From contig JBBRWS010000002.1 in NCBI GenBank assembly GCA_038249055.1, positions 14,118-78,117 of the forward strand: DNA of 64,000 bases. Reading direction: 5' to 3'. The translations under genes and the position numbers were made by a program. Source of the stretch: Minisyncoccia bacterium (GTDB taxonomy: Bacteria; Patescibacteriota; Minisyncoccia; Phycocordibacterales; UBA9973). Positions 17,581 to 27,504 of the stretch are shown in pieces. Each line of letters begins with the position of its first letter. Position 1 is the first letter of the stretch. The notes under the pieces were generated by a model that saw only the letters and a program-made list of their open reading frames with translations, did not search any database and was not told the origin of the DNA.

Positions 17581-19009
17581 TTTCTTCAAAAAGTTCATCT
17601 ATTCTTTCTTTTGTTTTTGCTTCGCCTATTAGTCTTATAATGGGCTCAGTATTTGATGGACGTAAATGAATCCATGAACTATCAGAAAAATCTAAACGAA
17701 GTCCATCCAGTTCATTTATTTTTATTTCTTTAAAATGATTTTTTAATTTCTCATATATATCTTCAAGTTTTCCTCGTAGCTCGAGTTTATCTTTTCTAAC
17801 TTCATATTTAGGTAAAGAATTTACACATTCACTTATTGTTTGATTCCTTTCCGCTAATAATTCTAATATTAAAGACAAGCTCACAAAACTATCGCGTGCC
17901 ATATTAATAGTAGGGTATATAATTCCACCTCCACCTTCGCCTCCTATAATTGCATTATTTTCTATCATTCCAGCAACAACATTTGCTTCTCCAACTTTTG
18001 TTCTCACACACTCACTTTCATGTTTTGTTGCAATATCTTTGTTCATTTGAGATGTAGACATATTTATTACAACTTTATTTTTGGGATTTTTTGATAATAT
18101 TGCTTCTACTCCTAAAGCAACTGTATATTCTTCAGATATTACTTCACCATTCTCGTTTATTACCACTAGTCTGTCAGCATCAGGGTCATGAGCAAATCCA
18201 ATATCACATTTTTTTTCTTTTACTAGATTTGCGATATCTTGTAAATTTTCTTTAACGGGTTCTGGTTTATGAGCAAATTTACCATTTGGAATATTATTGA
18301 GTGGAATAAGTTCCACTCCTAGGTGTTCAAATAAATACGGGTCTAAAACACAAGCTGAAGCATTTATCATATCAACAGCAACTTTGAATTTGCGAAGACC
18401 AATAGCCTCTATATTTATATTTTGAAGAATTTGGTCCGCGTGTTCTTTTGGGAGATTAGAAATATTTCTTTTGAAGAGATAAGGTAAAATATCTCTTATC
18501 GAGGTCCTGCGCATGCTATTTAGTCGAGACGCAAAAATTTTTGCTAAAAAATAATTTGGTCCTAAATTAGAATTATACTTTTCAAGTTTTTGTTCATTAA
18601 TTTTTTTATAATTCTCTTTAATTATTTCAACTTCAGCCTCGCTCGTAAAAAGTGCTTTGTTAGTTACGAATTTTAACCCATTATATTCTCTAGGATTATG
18701 ACTTGCAGTTATTATTATTGCACTATCATATTTGTGTTTATGAACAGCAAAAAGAACTGTAGGGGTAGGTAATATATCTCCATCAATAAAATCTATACCC
18801 AGATCAACAAGTGTTTTTATTATATTTTTTTTTATTTCTGGCCCACTTTCTCGTCCATCACGACCAATAAGAATGGTTGGATTTTCATTTATATTTTCCT
18901 TAACAAATATTATAAAAGCTTTTGTATAATTTTTAACAATTTCGTGATTTAAACTTTCCCCCCATATACCTCTATATCCTGAAACTGTAAGTTTTGGTTC
19001 ATTTTGCAT
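17561..19009 (-). CDS. phosphohexomutase (phosphoglucomutase/phosphomannomutase/GlmM family)
   Basis: Active-site TASHNPREYNG and the metal-binding DPDADR motif. Confidence 0.8.
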   Translation of the reverse strand: MQNEPKLTVSGYRGIWGESLNHEIVKNYTKAFIIFVKENINENPTILIGRDGRESGPEIKKNIIKTLVDLGIDFIDGDILPTPTVLFAVHKHKYDSAIIITASHNPREYNGLKFVTNKALFTSEAEVEIIKENYKKINEQKLEKYNSNLGPNYFLAKIFASRLNSMRRTSIRDILPYLFKRNISNLPKEHADQILQNINIEAIGLRKFKVAVDMINASACVLDPYLFEHLGVELIPLNNIPNGKFAHKPEPVKENLQDIANLVKEKKCDIGFAHDPDADRLVVINENGEVISEEYTVALGVEAILSKNPKNKVVINMSTSQMNKDIATKHESECVRTKVGEANVVAGMIENNAIIGGEGGGGIIYPTINMARDSFVSLSLILELLAERNQTISECVNSLPKYEVRKDKLELRGKLEDIYEKLKNHFKEIKINELDGLRLDFSDSSWIHLRPSNTEPIIRLIGEAKTKERIDELFEETKKLIS

Positions 19010-19199
19010 AAATATATTTTATCATAAACAACAGTCCAATACCTCTTTTAATAAAATAATCAATTGTTTACGGTTCTATAATTTATTCCATTATTGGGTA
19101 AGTTATGATATTGCTAAATAATCTTTACTTTTGATATAATAAAGTAGCATAAGTTCTATGTGTCGAGTTATTAATTATTAATTTATTAGTTAAAAAATA

Positions 19200-19451
19200 A
19201 TGAAAATATTACACACAATTGCGTTTATATTAGTTATAGTTGGAGGTTTAAATTGGTTATTAGTTGGTTTGGTGGGTTGGGATGTAGGTATGATTTTTGG
19301 AGGACAAGGTGCTCTTATTTCAAAAATTGTATATATTCTAGTTGGTTTATCATCCGTATTTTTAGTTTTTTCTCACAAGAAAGATTGTAAGCAGTGTGAA
19401 GTATCAACACCTATGGCTGCTCCTAGTACTCCAGCAAGTACACCCATGTAA
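19200..19451 (+). CDS. small membrane protein, DUF378-like
   Basis: FILVIVGGLNWLLVGLVGWDVG pattern. 83 aa with two TM segments. Confidence 0.5.
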   Translation: MKILHTIAFILVIVGGLNWLLVGLVGWDVGMIFGGQGALISKIVYILVGLSSVFLVFSHKKDCKQCEVSTPMAAPSTPASTPM

Positions 19452-19463
19452 TTTGTTTTTTAT

Positions 19464-19498
19464 AAAACACCCGAAAGTTTTACTCTCGGGTGTTTTTA
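19464..19498 (+). terminator. intrinsic terminator (CACCCGAAAG..CTCTCGGGTG + T-run)
   Basis: Seen directly in the sequence. Confidence 0.7.
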
Positions 19499-19553
19499 AT
19501 TGTGATTAGTATTTTAAATATATTTTTTTTGTTATTTATAGTATAATTAGAAT

Positions 19554-20315
19554 ATGGAAACATTAATAATACCGTTAGCAATTTTAGTTTTTTTTATTAT
19601 AATTATTGGTTTGAGAGTTGTGAATCAGTATGATCGTGGAGTTGTTCTTACGTTTGGAAAATTTACAGGGACAAAAGGTCCTGGATTAACATGGATTTTT
19701 CCTGGAATTCAAAACATGACAAAGGTTGATTTACGTATAACTACCACAGATATTCCCCAGCAAGAAGTTATTACAAAAGATAACGTTCCTGTAGGAATAA
19801 ATGCGGTTGTATATTTTCAAGTTCAATCAGCAGAGAAAGCAATATTAAATATTAAAGATTATACTTTGGCTGTTTCTCAGTATGCTCAAGCCGCACTCAG
19901 AGATGTTATTGGTGGTATCGAACTTGATAAATTACTTTCAGAGAGAGAGCAGATTTCAGAAGAAATTCAAAAAATAGTTGTACCTGCTACAGAAACTTGG
20001 GGTATTTCAGTAACTGATATAAAAATTCAAGACATAGAACTTCCAGCAGATATGAAGAGAGTTATGGCTAAACAAGCTGAGTCCGAGCGTGAACGCAGAG
20101 CTATCATTATCCGAGCTCAAGGTGAATTTGAGGCTTCACAGAAGCTTGCTGAAGCCGCTGGTGTTCTTGCCGGAACTCCTGGAGGAATGTCTATGCGTAC
20201 ATTGCAAACTATTGAAAAAATAAATCCAGACCCATCAAAGACTGTTATTTTTGCTTTACCAGTTGAGTTTTTTGAAGGTGTAAAAAGTCTTACAAATTAT
20301 CTAGACAAGAAGTAA
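19554..20315 (+). CDS. SPFH/band-7 (stomatin/prohibitin-like) membrane protein
   Basis: N-terminal TM followed by the SPFH core (NAVVYFQV...RAQGEFEASQKLAEAA). Confidence 0.8.
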   Translation: METLIIPLAILVFFIIIIGLRVVNQYDRGVVLTFGKFTGTKGPGLTWIFPGIQNMTKVDLRITTTDIPQQEVITKDNVPVGINAVVYFQVQSAEKAILNIKDYTLAVSQYAQAALRDVIGGIELDKLLSEREQISEEIQKIVVPATETWGISVTDIKIQDIELPADMKRVMAKQAESERERRAIIIRAQGEFEASQKLAEAAGVLAGTPGGMSMRTLQTIEKINPDPSKTVIFALPVEFFEGVKSLTNYLDKK

Positions 20316-20321
20316 TAATAT

Positions 20322-20585
20322 ATGAAAGATGAGGCGACTTTTCTAGTTGAAGATGTATTTTTTATACCAAGTAAAGGTACTATAGTTGTAGGTAAATTAA
20401 CTGATGGTTTTCTTAAAAAAGGAATGAAAACCAATATTAATGGAAAAGAAAGTGAATTATTTTCAATTGAATCACAAAATAAATTACTTGAATCTCTAAA
20501 TTCAATTGGAGTAATTGCAGGATTACTTTTAAGTAATATTGATATAAATGATGTGAAAAAAGGTGATAGTTACTTTTTTGAGTAG
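20322..20585 (+). CDS. small beta-barrel protein resembling EF-Tu domain 2 / NfeD-type OB-fold, partner of the SPFH gene
   Basis: VEDVFFIPSKGTIVVGKLTDGFLKKG resembles the EF-Tu domain-II signature. It is translationally coupled to the stomatin gene. Confidence 0.35.
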   Translation: MKDEATFLVEDVFFIPSKGTIVVGKLTDGFLKKGMKTNINGKESELFSIESQNKLLESLNSIGVIAGLLLSNIDINDVKKGDSYFFE

Positions 20586-20610
20586 AAAAAACGACTCCCT
20601 GTTAGATAAT

Positions 20611-20668
20611 AAAAAAAATAGTAGAGGTTGGACGTCTTCCGTAGATGTACAACCTCTACTATTTTTTT
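20611..20668. terminator. repeat-family hairpin acting as a bidirectional terminator (A-run, TAGAGGTTGGACGTC..GTACAACCTCTA, T-run)
   Basis: Lies between convergent genes. Confidence 0.65.
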
Positions 20669-21482
20669 ATTTCATTTCTTTTAAAAATCCTTCTACTAAG
20701 GCGATTGTGTCAGTACTTTTTTGTAATACTGATTTCCAAACTACAACAATATCAGCATCATTAAAAATTGAACGCTGTACTTCGCGTACAGTATCACCTC
20801 CAGCAATAGATATCATTATGTTGTTGTAGCTTCCTTTTATTCGCCTGATTTCATGAAGGGGGATTTGTTTTTCTTTATTGAATTTTTCCTCGTCTACTCC
20901 TCTGTGGATTATAACAACTGAAGGGGCTTTTTTTAGTGAACGTAGTACAGAGAGAGGATATTCAACATTCATCATATCTATCATTGCATCCATTCCGTAC
21001 TCATCACATTTTTGAATAAAAGAATTTAATGTTTCTATCGGAGCAGTTCCTAGGGCGATGGCAGCACTTGCTCCACCACGATATGCAATCCCTACTTCGG
21101 TTTCACCTCTATCCATTGTTTTCAAATCAGCTACGATATAAGGAAATATCCCCGAATTATTTGGAATAATTATATTTTGATTTTCAGTTGTTTCTACCTG
21201 CAGATTAGATAGTCCTTTAAAAAGTAATGATAATATTCCAGTTGGATTGGGGGTTGCGATATTGGTTCCTAGTCCAAATAAATGCATTTCATAATATTGT
21301 CTTATCTGTCTTATTCCTTCTTCACCATATCTTTTTATAAATGGGGTACCTGCTTCTATTATAATACGGTCACTTTTTGGAAGACTAAAAATTATTTCAC
21401 GAGCATCAGAAAGTGTTCCGTTTAAGGCTACTTGTAAATAATGTTTTTTCGGATTTAATTTATGATTATTTATCTTTTTCAT
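20667..21482 (-). CDS. OMP-decarboxylase/3-hexulose-6-phosphate-synthase family TIM-barrel protein
   Basis: LQVALNG...EAGTPFIKRYG resembles the HPS/KGPDC N-terminal motif. 271 aa, longer than a canonical HPS. Confidence 0.4.
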   Translation of the reverse strand: MKKINNHKLNPKKHYLQVALNGTLSDAREIIFSLPKSDRIIIEAGTPFIKRYGEEGIRQIRQYYEMHLFGLGTNIATPNPTGILSLLFKGLSNLQVETTENQNIIIPNNSGIFPYIVADLKTMDRGETEVGIAYRGGASAAIALGTAPIETLNSFIQKCDEYGMDAMIDMMNVEYPLSVLRSLKKAPSVVIIHRGVDEEKFNKEKQIPLHEIRRIKGSYNNIMISIAGGDTVREVQRSIFNDADIVVVWKSVLQKSTDTIALVEGFLKEMK

Positions 21483-21537
21483 ATACTTAAACAGTATACT
21501 AAATTTTTATGTTTTAGATAAGATAAAATTCCTCATG

Positions 21538-21566
21538 ATTGACAATTCGTGCATCTATGGTAATAT
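21538..21566 (+). promoter_or_regulatory. sigma70-type promoter TTGACA-17-TAATAT
   Basis: TTGACAATTCGTGCATCTATGGTAATAT. The -10 box abuts the first ATG of the track ORF. Confidence 0.5.
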
Positions 21567-21602
21567 ATGAAGAAGTGCTCTAAATCAATAAAATCTATTA
21601 AG

Positions 21603-22121
21603 ATGAAAAAAGGTAATGCATTGCAGTTCTCTGCAGATGGAACTGAGTTTGTTTTTTTGTTTTCAAGTGGCATCGAGAGTGCTGCTTTCACATCAAAAAA
21701 AACGGGATTCGCTGCTGTAACGGATTTAGCCCAAAAAGGCAAAATCAGTGTTGAAGAATTTTCTAAATTCAGAGACGAAATTCTGGATGCAGAAAATTTG
21801 GTTTGGGAAGATTCTGAGCCAGAAAGAATTAGTTTTCTCGGTCTTCTCATTGGGATGGCGATGTCTTCCTCGGGCTCTTCCATTTTGGATCAAATGCACG
21901 CACCAGAAGAACCTGTAACGATTGCATATTTAAAGATGTGTGATTGTGGTGGTTCTCACGGGAGAATTTATTGCAAGACGGCGTATACCGGCCGACTTGA
22001 TTCAAAAGGAGAGGCCTCTGTCTATCTTAATGAATTGAAAAAAAAAGGGCTTGTTGATGACGTTGAATTCGAAAAAGTAAAATCCGAAATTGAAAATTCC
22101 GGATTGGACTTGGATGAATAA
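21603..22121 (+). CDS. hypothetical protein (start moved to second ATG downstream of the promoter)
   Basis: ORF 21567..22121 in the track. The first ATG overlaps the -10 box. Confidence 0.4.
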   Translation: MKKGNALQFSADGTEFVFLFSSGIESAAFTSKKTGFAAVTDLAQKGKISVEEFSKFRDEILDAENLVWEDSEPERISFLGLLIGMAMSSSGSSILDQMHAPEEPVTIAYLKMCDCGGSHGRIYCKTAYTGRLDSKGEASVYLNELKKKGLVDDVEFEKVKSEIENSGLDLDE

Positions 22122-22260
22122 TCTAATTTACGAAATCCCTTTCTAACTAAAATGAGCAGCTCCATAATTTGGGGCTGCTTTTTTTATGCGGGGAGACAAA
22201 ATAAAATCCACAATCTCTTTCGAAATTATGGATTCTAGTTATAACGCCCTATTAATTAAT

Positions 22261-22647
22261 TTAAGCGTGTTTAGGGTTTTTGTAGATAAGTATGTTCATT
22301 CCCTGTACATATATTGGAATTACTAAAGCAAATAAAATATAACTGTTAGCTCCGAATATATTGAAGCACATGTTTACTTTATCAGGATTAAATAATTCAT
22401 CAATTCCGTAAATTCTTGCCCATACTAATTCAGTGATAGGGGTAAGAAATGCGAGGAATGACAATGGATAGCTCAAGTTGAACTTATCTTTGTCTTTTAG
22501 GACAATTAATACTCCACTAAATAGTGGTAAAAGGTACATGAACCAACCAAAATGGTAGTCCAAATAGGGGAATATTAAAGCTAGTGAAATCCACACAGCT
22601 ATAATTGTTAAGTAATACCCCTTAAAGGCTAATAATTTTTTCGTCAT
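22261..22647 (-). CDS. hypothetical membrane protein
   Basis: 128 aa, multi-TM. Confidence 0.4.
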   Translation of the reverse strand: MTKKLLAFKGYYLTIIAVWISLALIFPYLDYHFGWFMYLLPLFSGVLIVLKDKDKFNLSYPLSFLAFLTPITELVWARIYGIDELFNPDKVNMCFNIFGANSYILFALVIPIYVQGMNILIYKNPKHA

Positions 22648-22859
22648 CTATTAATGATTTATCCCGAATAGGCGGGGACCTGTTTTTAGAAACTTTAAAT
22701 TAAATTGATAAATAAGTCAATATCATTTTTAATATATGAAAATTTATATTTAACTCAACAAAAAAGTTCCCGTCAAAATTTTGACGGGAACCTCTGCAAT
22801 AATTTAATTTGCTATTTTTTACTGGTAGTACAAGAGGTTTTTTAAATTTAAGACGAAAA

Positions 22860-23126
22860 TTATTTTAAAACAATTGAGGTTAAAAAATAAAAAATCGAAT
22901 ATACTACAAGCATTGAAATCATAACACTCAGTTTTTGAATAAAGTTTAAAAATTTTACTTTATCCGAAAAAAGGATGATCATGACTCCAAAGCAAAATGC
23001 TGTGAAATCAAAAAATGAAAACAATGAGCCGTTGGCTCCTATTATTTCTGGTGAATGTTTCAAAAATGAAAGAATACCAGAAATTGAAATAAGCAGAAAA
23101 CCAAAATAGAAATAAAAATTTTTCAT
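22860..23126 (-). CDS. hypothetical membrane protein
   Basis: 88 aa with two or three TM segments. A minus-strand terminator GTTCCCGTCAAAATTTTGACGGGAAC + T-run lies at 22765-22795. Confidence 0.35.
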   Translation of the reverse strand: MKNFYFYFGFLLISISGILSFLKHSPEIIGANGSLFSFFDFTAFCFGVMIILFSDKVKFLNFIQKLSVMISMLVVYSIFYFLTSIVLK

Positions 23127-23158
23127 ATCAGAAAATTTAATAAATGTTTAAAAAAATT

Positions 23159-23761
23159 TTACTTTTTACTTTTTACATTAGCTTCAAGTTCATCAAGAAT
23201 TTTCTTTTTAGCAAGCACTTCTCCTTTAGCTTTAATAAGAGTTTCTTCAATTTCTAAAACTCTTTTAATACCTTGTAAAAAAAAGGGATCAAATATCAAG
23301 ACTACTGAAACAGAATCTATGCAATACTTACCTAATGCGAATTCTTTTCTTTCATAAAATGTTTTTTCCAAATCATATTTTATATACCCCTCTAGAGATT
23401 CCTCTAATGATTTTGATCTTTTGTAAACATCGAAAGAATTTAATTCAATGAGCGTCATTGAAGGGGGAAGTAAAGATCGACTTAAAATAATTCGTTTTAC
23501 TTTTTCACTTTCAGGTAAATAGTATAATCCAAGCCAAAATTTTTCAGGTGGATTAATTCCAAAAAATTCATCAACAGAGATTCCTTTTTTTGAGTAGAAT
23601 ACATTTATTGATGCCGTAATTATATGGGCATCATTTGTTTTATAGCAATCCATCCTTCCAATCTCTTGTGTTCTGCCTAAATATTTTACTCTAATTACAA
23701 TCAGAGTAATAATTGAAATTGCTAAAACAATCAATAAAAAGTAACTGATAATTTTTTTCAT
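23159..23761 (-). CDS. hypothetical protein with N-terminal TM anchor
   Basis: 200 aa. I see no motif. Confidence 0.4.
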   Translation of the reverse strand: MKKIISYFLLIVLAISIITLIVIRVKYLGRTQEIGRMDCYKTNDAHIITASINVFYSKKGISVDEFFGINPPEKFWLGLYYLPESEKVKRIILSRSLLPPSMTLIELNSFDVYKRSKSLEESLEGYIKYDLEKTFYERKEFALGKYCIDSVSVVLIFDPFFLQGIKRVLEIEETLIKAKGEVLAKKKILDELEANVKSKK

Positions 23762-23993
23762 AATGATTTTGTTTTTAAGTGTATATAAGATTTTCTAAAC
23801 ATCCATTTTAATAGAGGCTTAGAAAATCTTATATATTTAAATTCAAAATTCTGTATTTCAAAGAACTATCTTTATATTATAGCATATTATAGTTAAAAGT
23901 CAATGAATCTAAATTAGATAAAAGATTTTAAAAATAACAAAACCCATCTTTTTCAAGACAGGTTTTATTTTATTAGTGCGTATATTGTTTATC

Positions 23994-25406
23994 CTAGAAT
24001 TTATATTCCGGAATATCTTTTAGTTCCCCACGCAAAAAGGGAAATAAGAGACCATTGTCGTATGCCAACAAGAGTTTGTCGGCAAATTTTTCTAAGCCAT
24101 TGTTTCCTTCATTACTGGAAAGCATTGTGTTGCTATTTTTTCCTTTATACCAATAGGTATTATAGGAAAAATTTTTCAACAAGTGCTTATTGAGTTTCAG
24201 GTGATTGGCTGTATCGGCGATACAGTCCAATAACATAGGGAATACCCCAGTTCCAGACCACCTGCCGAGCACAAACATATGGGGCAGTCCTTTCAAGAAT
24301 CCGACCATAATTGGGTCGATGTTACGGAGCCAATTTTGGTCGCTCCATTCCTTTGAAGCTGCGTCATGATATGGGGTCATAATGACCACATAATCAAACA
24401 GCTCTTTTGCCTGTCTCATTATCCTCACCAAGTTGGGAGGCATAATGTCCTTACCACGAAACTGTGATAAAGGTCGGGTTCTCCTGTTGTATGTCTGGTA
24501 AAACCAGGCGTACTCAGTTGATCCGATAGAATCAGCAAAAAAATTCACTGCACTGTCCGGGGAAGGATCCTCGGCTCTGGTATTGTCCGCTATTTCTTCT
24601 TTGGCACTTACGTACCAAACTGGAAAAGCAAAACTCAACTCAGGTAAATGCCTGATGTCAATCACTGAACTGTGATTAAGCAGACCATTTTTGTGCATTA
24701 AGGTAAAAGCTTCTCTTACGCTTAAGAACTGCGAGTATTCCTTTTTCAATGAATCGCTCTGGCCAGAAAGGCCATTTTCATTGTACAAAGCAATTGTCTC
24801 ATCAATCATAGCCTGTTCTGCAACCTTATCAACATCGTCCATAATGGAGCATTTAACTCCTAACGGGCTTAACATTGAGAACGTTTTCTCCACGAAAGTT
24901 TCAGCCATCCGGTTTATATCTTCCGGATTGTAGCCACCACCCTGACTCAATACCCAACCAATCTGCTGAATAAATTCAGCAAGGGGTTTGTTTTCGAGAG
25001 CTTTAGAGATATCACCTTCAGCGATAATCTTTTTCAACTGGTGGTAAGGGCTAATTGCCCTGGAGAGTCCAGCTATTGCTGTGGTACGCCCTTCTGGTGT
25101 ATTCACATCAAGACCGGTTTCAATCATTACAATTTTTTCTGTTCTGAACTTCCCAACTCTCTGAGGGTCGTGGTTTAATTCTGAAAATTGGACCAACTGT
25201 CCAACTTTGAATTCGGAACTTTCGGAAACTGGGCAAAAAATGTCCCCATTGGTTCCGATGCTTTCATAAGCACGTTTAACCATTCCGATAAATACATATC
25301 CAGTATGTACTGAGACAATCTCACCAGTGTACACGGTTCCAACTATTACTTCTGGATTTTCAATAACTAGAATTTCTTCTTGGTCATTCTTTAAATCATT
25401 TGTCAT
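23994..25406 (-). CDS. hypothetical 470-aa protein, GC content visibly higher than neighbours
   Basis: Long ORF with distinct composition. No recognisable catalytic motif. Confidence 0.5.
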   Translation of the reverse strand: MTNDLKNDQEEILVIENPEVIVGTVYTGEIVSVHTGYVFIGMVKRAYESIGTNGDIFCPVSESSEFKVGQLVQFSELNHDPQRVGKFRTEKIVMIETGLDVNTPEGRTTAIAGLSRAISPYHQLKKIIAEGDISKALENKPLAEFIQQIGWVLSQGGGYNPEDINRMAETFVEKTFSMLSPLGVKCSIMDDVDKVAEQAMIDETIALYNENGLSGQSDSLKKEYSQFLSVREAFTLMHKNGLLNHSSVIDIRHLPELSFAFPVWYVSAKEEIADNTRAEDPSPDSAVNFFADSIGSTEYAWFYQTYNRRTRPLSQFRGKDIMPPNLVRIMRQAKELFDYVVIMTPYHDAASKEWSDQNWLRNIDPIMVGFLKGLPHMFVLGRWSGTGVFPMLLDCIADTANHLKLNKHLLKNFSYNTYWYKGKNSNTMLSSNEGNNGLEKFADKLLLAYDNGLLFPFLRGELKDIPEYKF

Positions 25407-25674
25407 TTTCAGCAGTTTTAAATTTTTACAGTTAATTAAAATACAGTTTATTTATGAATCGGTTTTTACTAGGGGAATAACAGCAACTCTTTTAGAAGTT
25501 ATTCTTTTACCTTGTAATTTGTCAAACAACGATTTCATGTATATTATACATCATTAATATAATAAAGTCAATAGTCTATATTAAAATTTAATTTAACATA
25601 GTAAAAAATATTTAAGCTTATAATTTAAAAGACTGAATAATGATTGTCATTATTCAGTCTTTTTTGCTTATTTT

Positions 25675-26064
25675 TTAGCCTCTATCTTTTTCTTCTGCCA
25701 TTTTTTCAAGTTTAACTTGAAAGCTACTTTTTTTAACGTCCTCTTTTTTAGCTGAATTTTCTTCTGCCATTTTTTGTAATCTGGATTGAAAATTACTTTG
25801 CGTTTTATCTATATCTAGTTCGTTTCTCTCTTTGAGTTGTTTTGGAAGATTAACACAAACAAAATATAGAATATAAGGCCAGAGGAAGAAAAATAAATAT
25901 CTCAAATTTGCTGGGACTCCAGCAGGAAAATTGGCATTCACTTTGTCTCTAGTGATGTAGTTCCTTTTCAATATTGATATTACAAGTTCGAATATCAAAA
26001 GAAGAAAAAAACCAATTACCATATACCAACCGATACAGGATAATACAATTTTGATTGTTTCCAT
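25675..26064 (-). CDS. hypothetical membrane protein with C-terminal tandem repeat (FQSRLQKMAEEN / FQVKLEKMAEEK)
   Basis: 129 aa. Confidence 0.4.
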   Translation of the reverse strand: METIKIVLSCIGWYMVIGFFLLLIFELVISILKRNYITRDKVNANFPAGVPANLRYLFFFLWPYILYFVCVNLPKQLKERNELDIDKTQSNFQSRLQKMAEENSAKKEDVKKSSFQVKLEKMAEEKDRG

Positions 26065-26213
26065 TATTGTGATATTAACCCTGAAAGGCGGGTCACCTAT
26101 GTTTAATTTAAGGTTACCATGAACGGGGAGGAAGTCAATGAGAGATATTTATCGATAAACATAAAGAGGGGTCTTTGATATAAAGACCCCTCTTTTACAA
26201 ATTTGGAAAATTT

Positions 26214-26681
26214 TTAATTAAGACCAGACAATGTCTCGCCAGGGATAAAAGTGTCTTCTGAATTTTGCAACGCAATTATTTTGAATAGAGGGCGAATTGC
26301 CAAGACTGACCTTTGTTGAGGGAAACGTAGATGTATTAAAATCCACATTAATTCTTTGCATGCGTCGGCTTCTTTTTCAAGACGATTGAATTTTTCAAAA
26401 TAATGAAAGTTTTGTTCAGTTGAAATAATTTTAGATAGTGGTTTAATCCAATCCACATTATGTTCATCTTCAAGATTTTTTCCAATGATATTTTCAAACA
26501 TCATTCTTATTTCTTGGTTTTTTAGGATAGATAAAGTATGCAGTCTTTTTTCAAGCTCTGACATTTCACCTATTTCTATTCCGGATAGAATTTCATCTGT
26601 GTCTGGTACAACCTCAAGTTCATCACAGTAAGCCAAGGCTTCCTCAATGATTGTTCCGCTTATTAATTCAATATTTTCCAT
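26214..26681 (-). CDS. hypothetical protein
   Basis: 155 aa. A terminator hairpin AAAGAGGGGTCTTTGATATAAAGACCCCTCTTTT lies at 26162-26196. Confidence 0.4.
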   Translation of the reverse strand: MENIELISGTIIEEALAYCDELEVVPDTDEILSGIEIGEMSELEKRLHTLSILKNQEIRMMFENIIGKNLEDEHNVDWIKPLSKIISTEQNFHYFEKFNRLEKEADACKELMWILIHLRFPQQRSVLAIRPLFKIIALQNSEDTFIPGETLSGLN

Positions 26682-26798
26682 GTATTCTGTTTTTAGTACG
26701 TATTTAATTTGAGATTAACATAAGAGGGGGAGAAGTCAAATAGAGAGGTTTTGAGACAGTAAAAAGAAAACCCGCAAGCGAGTTTCTTCGCGTGCGGG

Positions 26799-27062
26799 TT
26801 ATGCCTTTAAGCTTTTGTAATATTTATAGAAACCTTTTAATCTTATAAAGTAAAAAATTTCTACAAAACACAGTATTATTATCATTACAACAAAGGGAAT
26901 ATTGAAACCCACTTTGTTGTTTGAACTAAAGACGACGATTAATGGTACTGTAATTATCCCAATACTGTATAAAATCATTAAACCCAGATTCCATCTTTTT
27001 TGGGTTTCTTTTGATACATTGTCGTCTGTTAAACAATCCGAAATACTTTTTTTATTTTTCAT
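26799..27062 (-). CDS. hypothetical small membrane protein
   Basis: 87 aa with two TM segments. Confidence 0.35.
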   Translation of the reverse strand: MKNKKSISDCLTDDNVSKETQKRWNLGLMILYSIGIITVPLIVVFSSNNKVGFNIPFVVMIIILCFVEIFYFIRLKGFYKYYKSLKA

Positions 27063-27504
27063 GATCTAATTTTAGTTTATTGAATTTTCTTTACCACTCT
27101 AAATAGGGGAACAAAGAAAATTCAATAAATTAAATTTAACCAAAATTTTAAAGAGCGCACTCCTTATATGATAGCATGTTTTGTGGTAAAAGTCAAGGGA
27201 GAGGTGGCGGGATATCTTCCTCTACGAATGCGGGAACCACGAGTACGTGTTCGGTCACTCATAATTTTCTGGTGAAAATTTGTGCGACCCTCAATCAGTA
27301 GATTGACCTCACGGGCGACTCGCACCGTCTTTCGATTCCCGCGGGACCGCGAGTACGCTTATCGAACACTACGTTTTCAGGTACTTTTCGATTTGGTTAA
27401 CACCAAATAGCGAAAAGTCTTTCGATTTCCGCACTCGAGCAAAGCAGTTTGCTCGCTCATCTCCACATATGAAAAAACATCCTGTAAAGGATGTTTTTTC
27501 ATAT

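Noticed and set aside
20563-20829. 88-aa plus-strand ORF
   Set aside because: It runs through the bidirectional terminator/repeat at 20611-20668 and is antisense to the 3' end of the 20667..21482 gene. I treat it as spurious.
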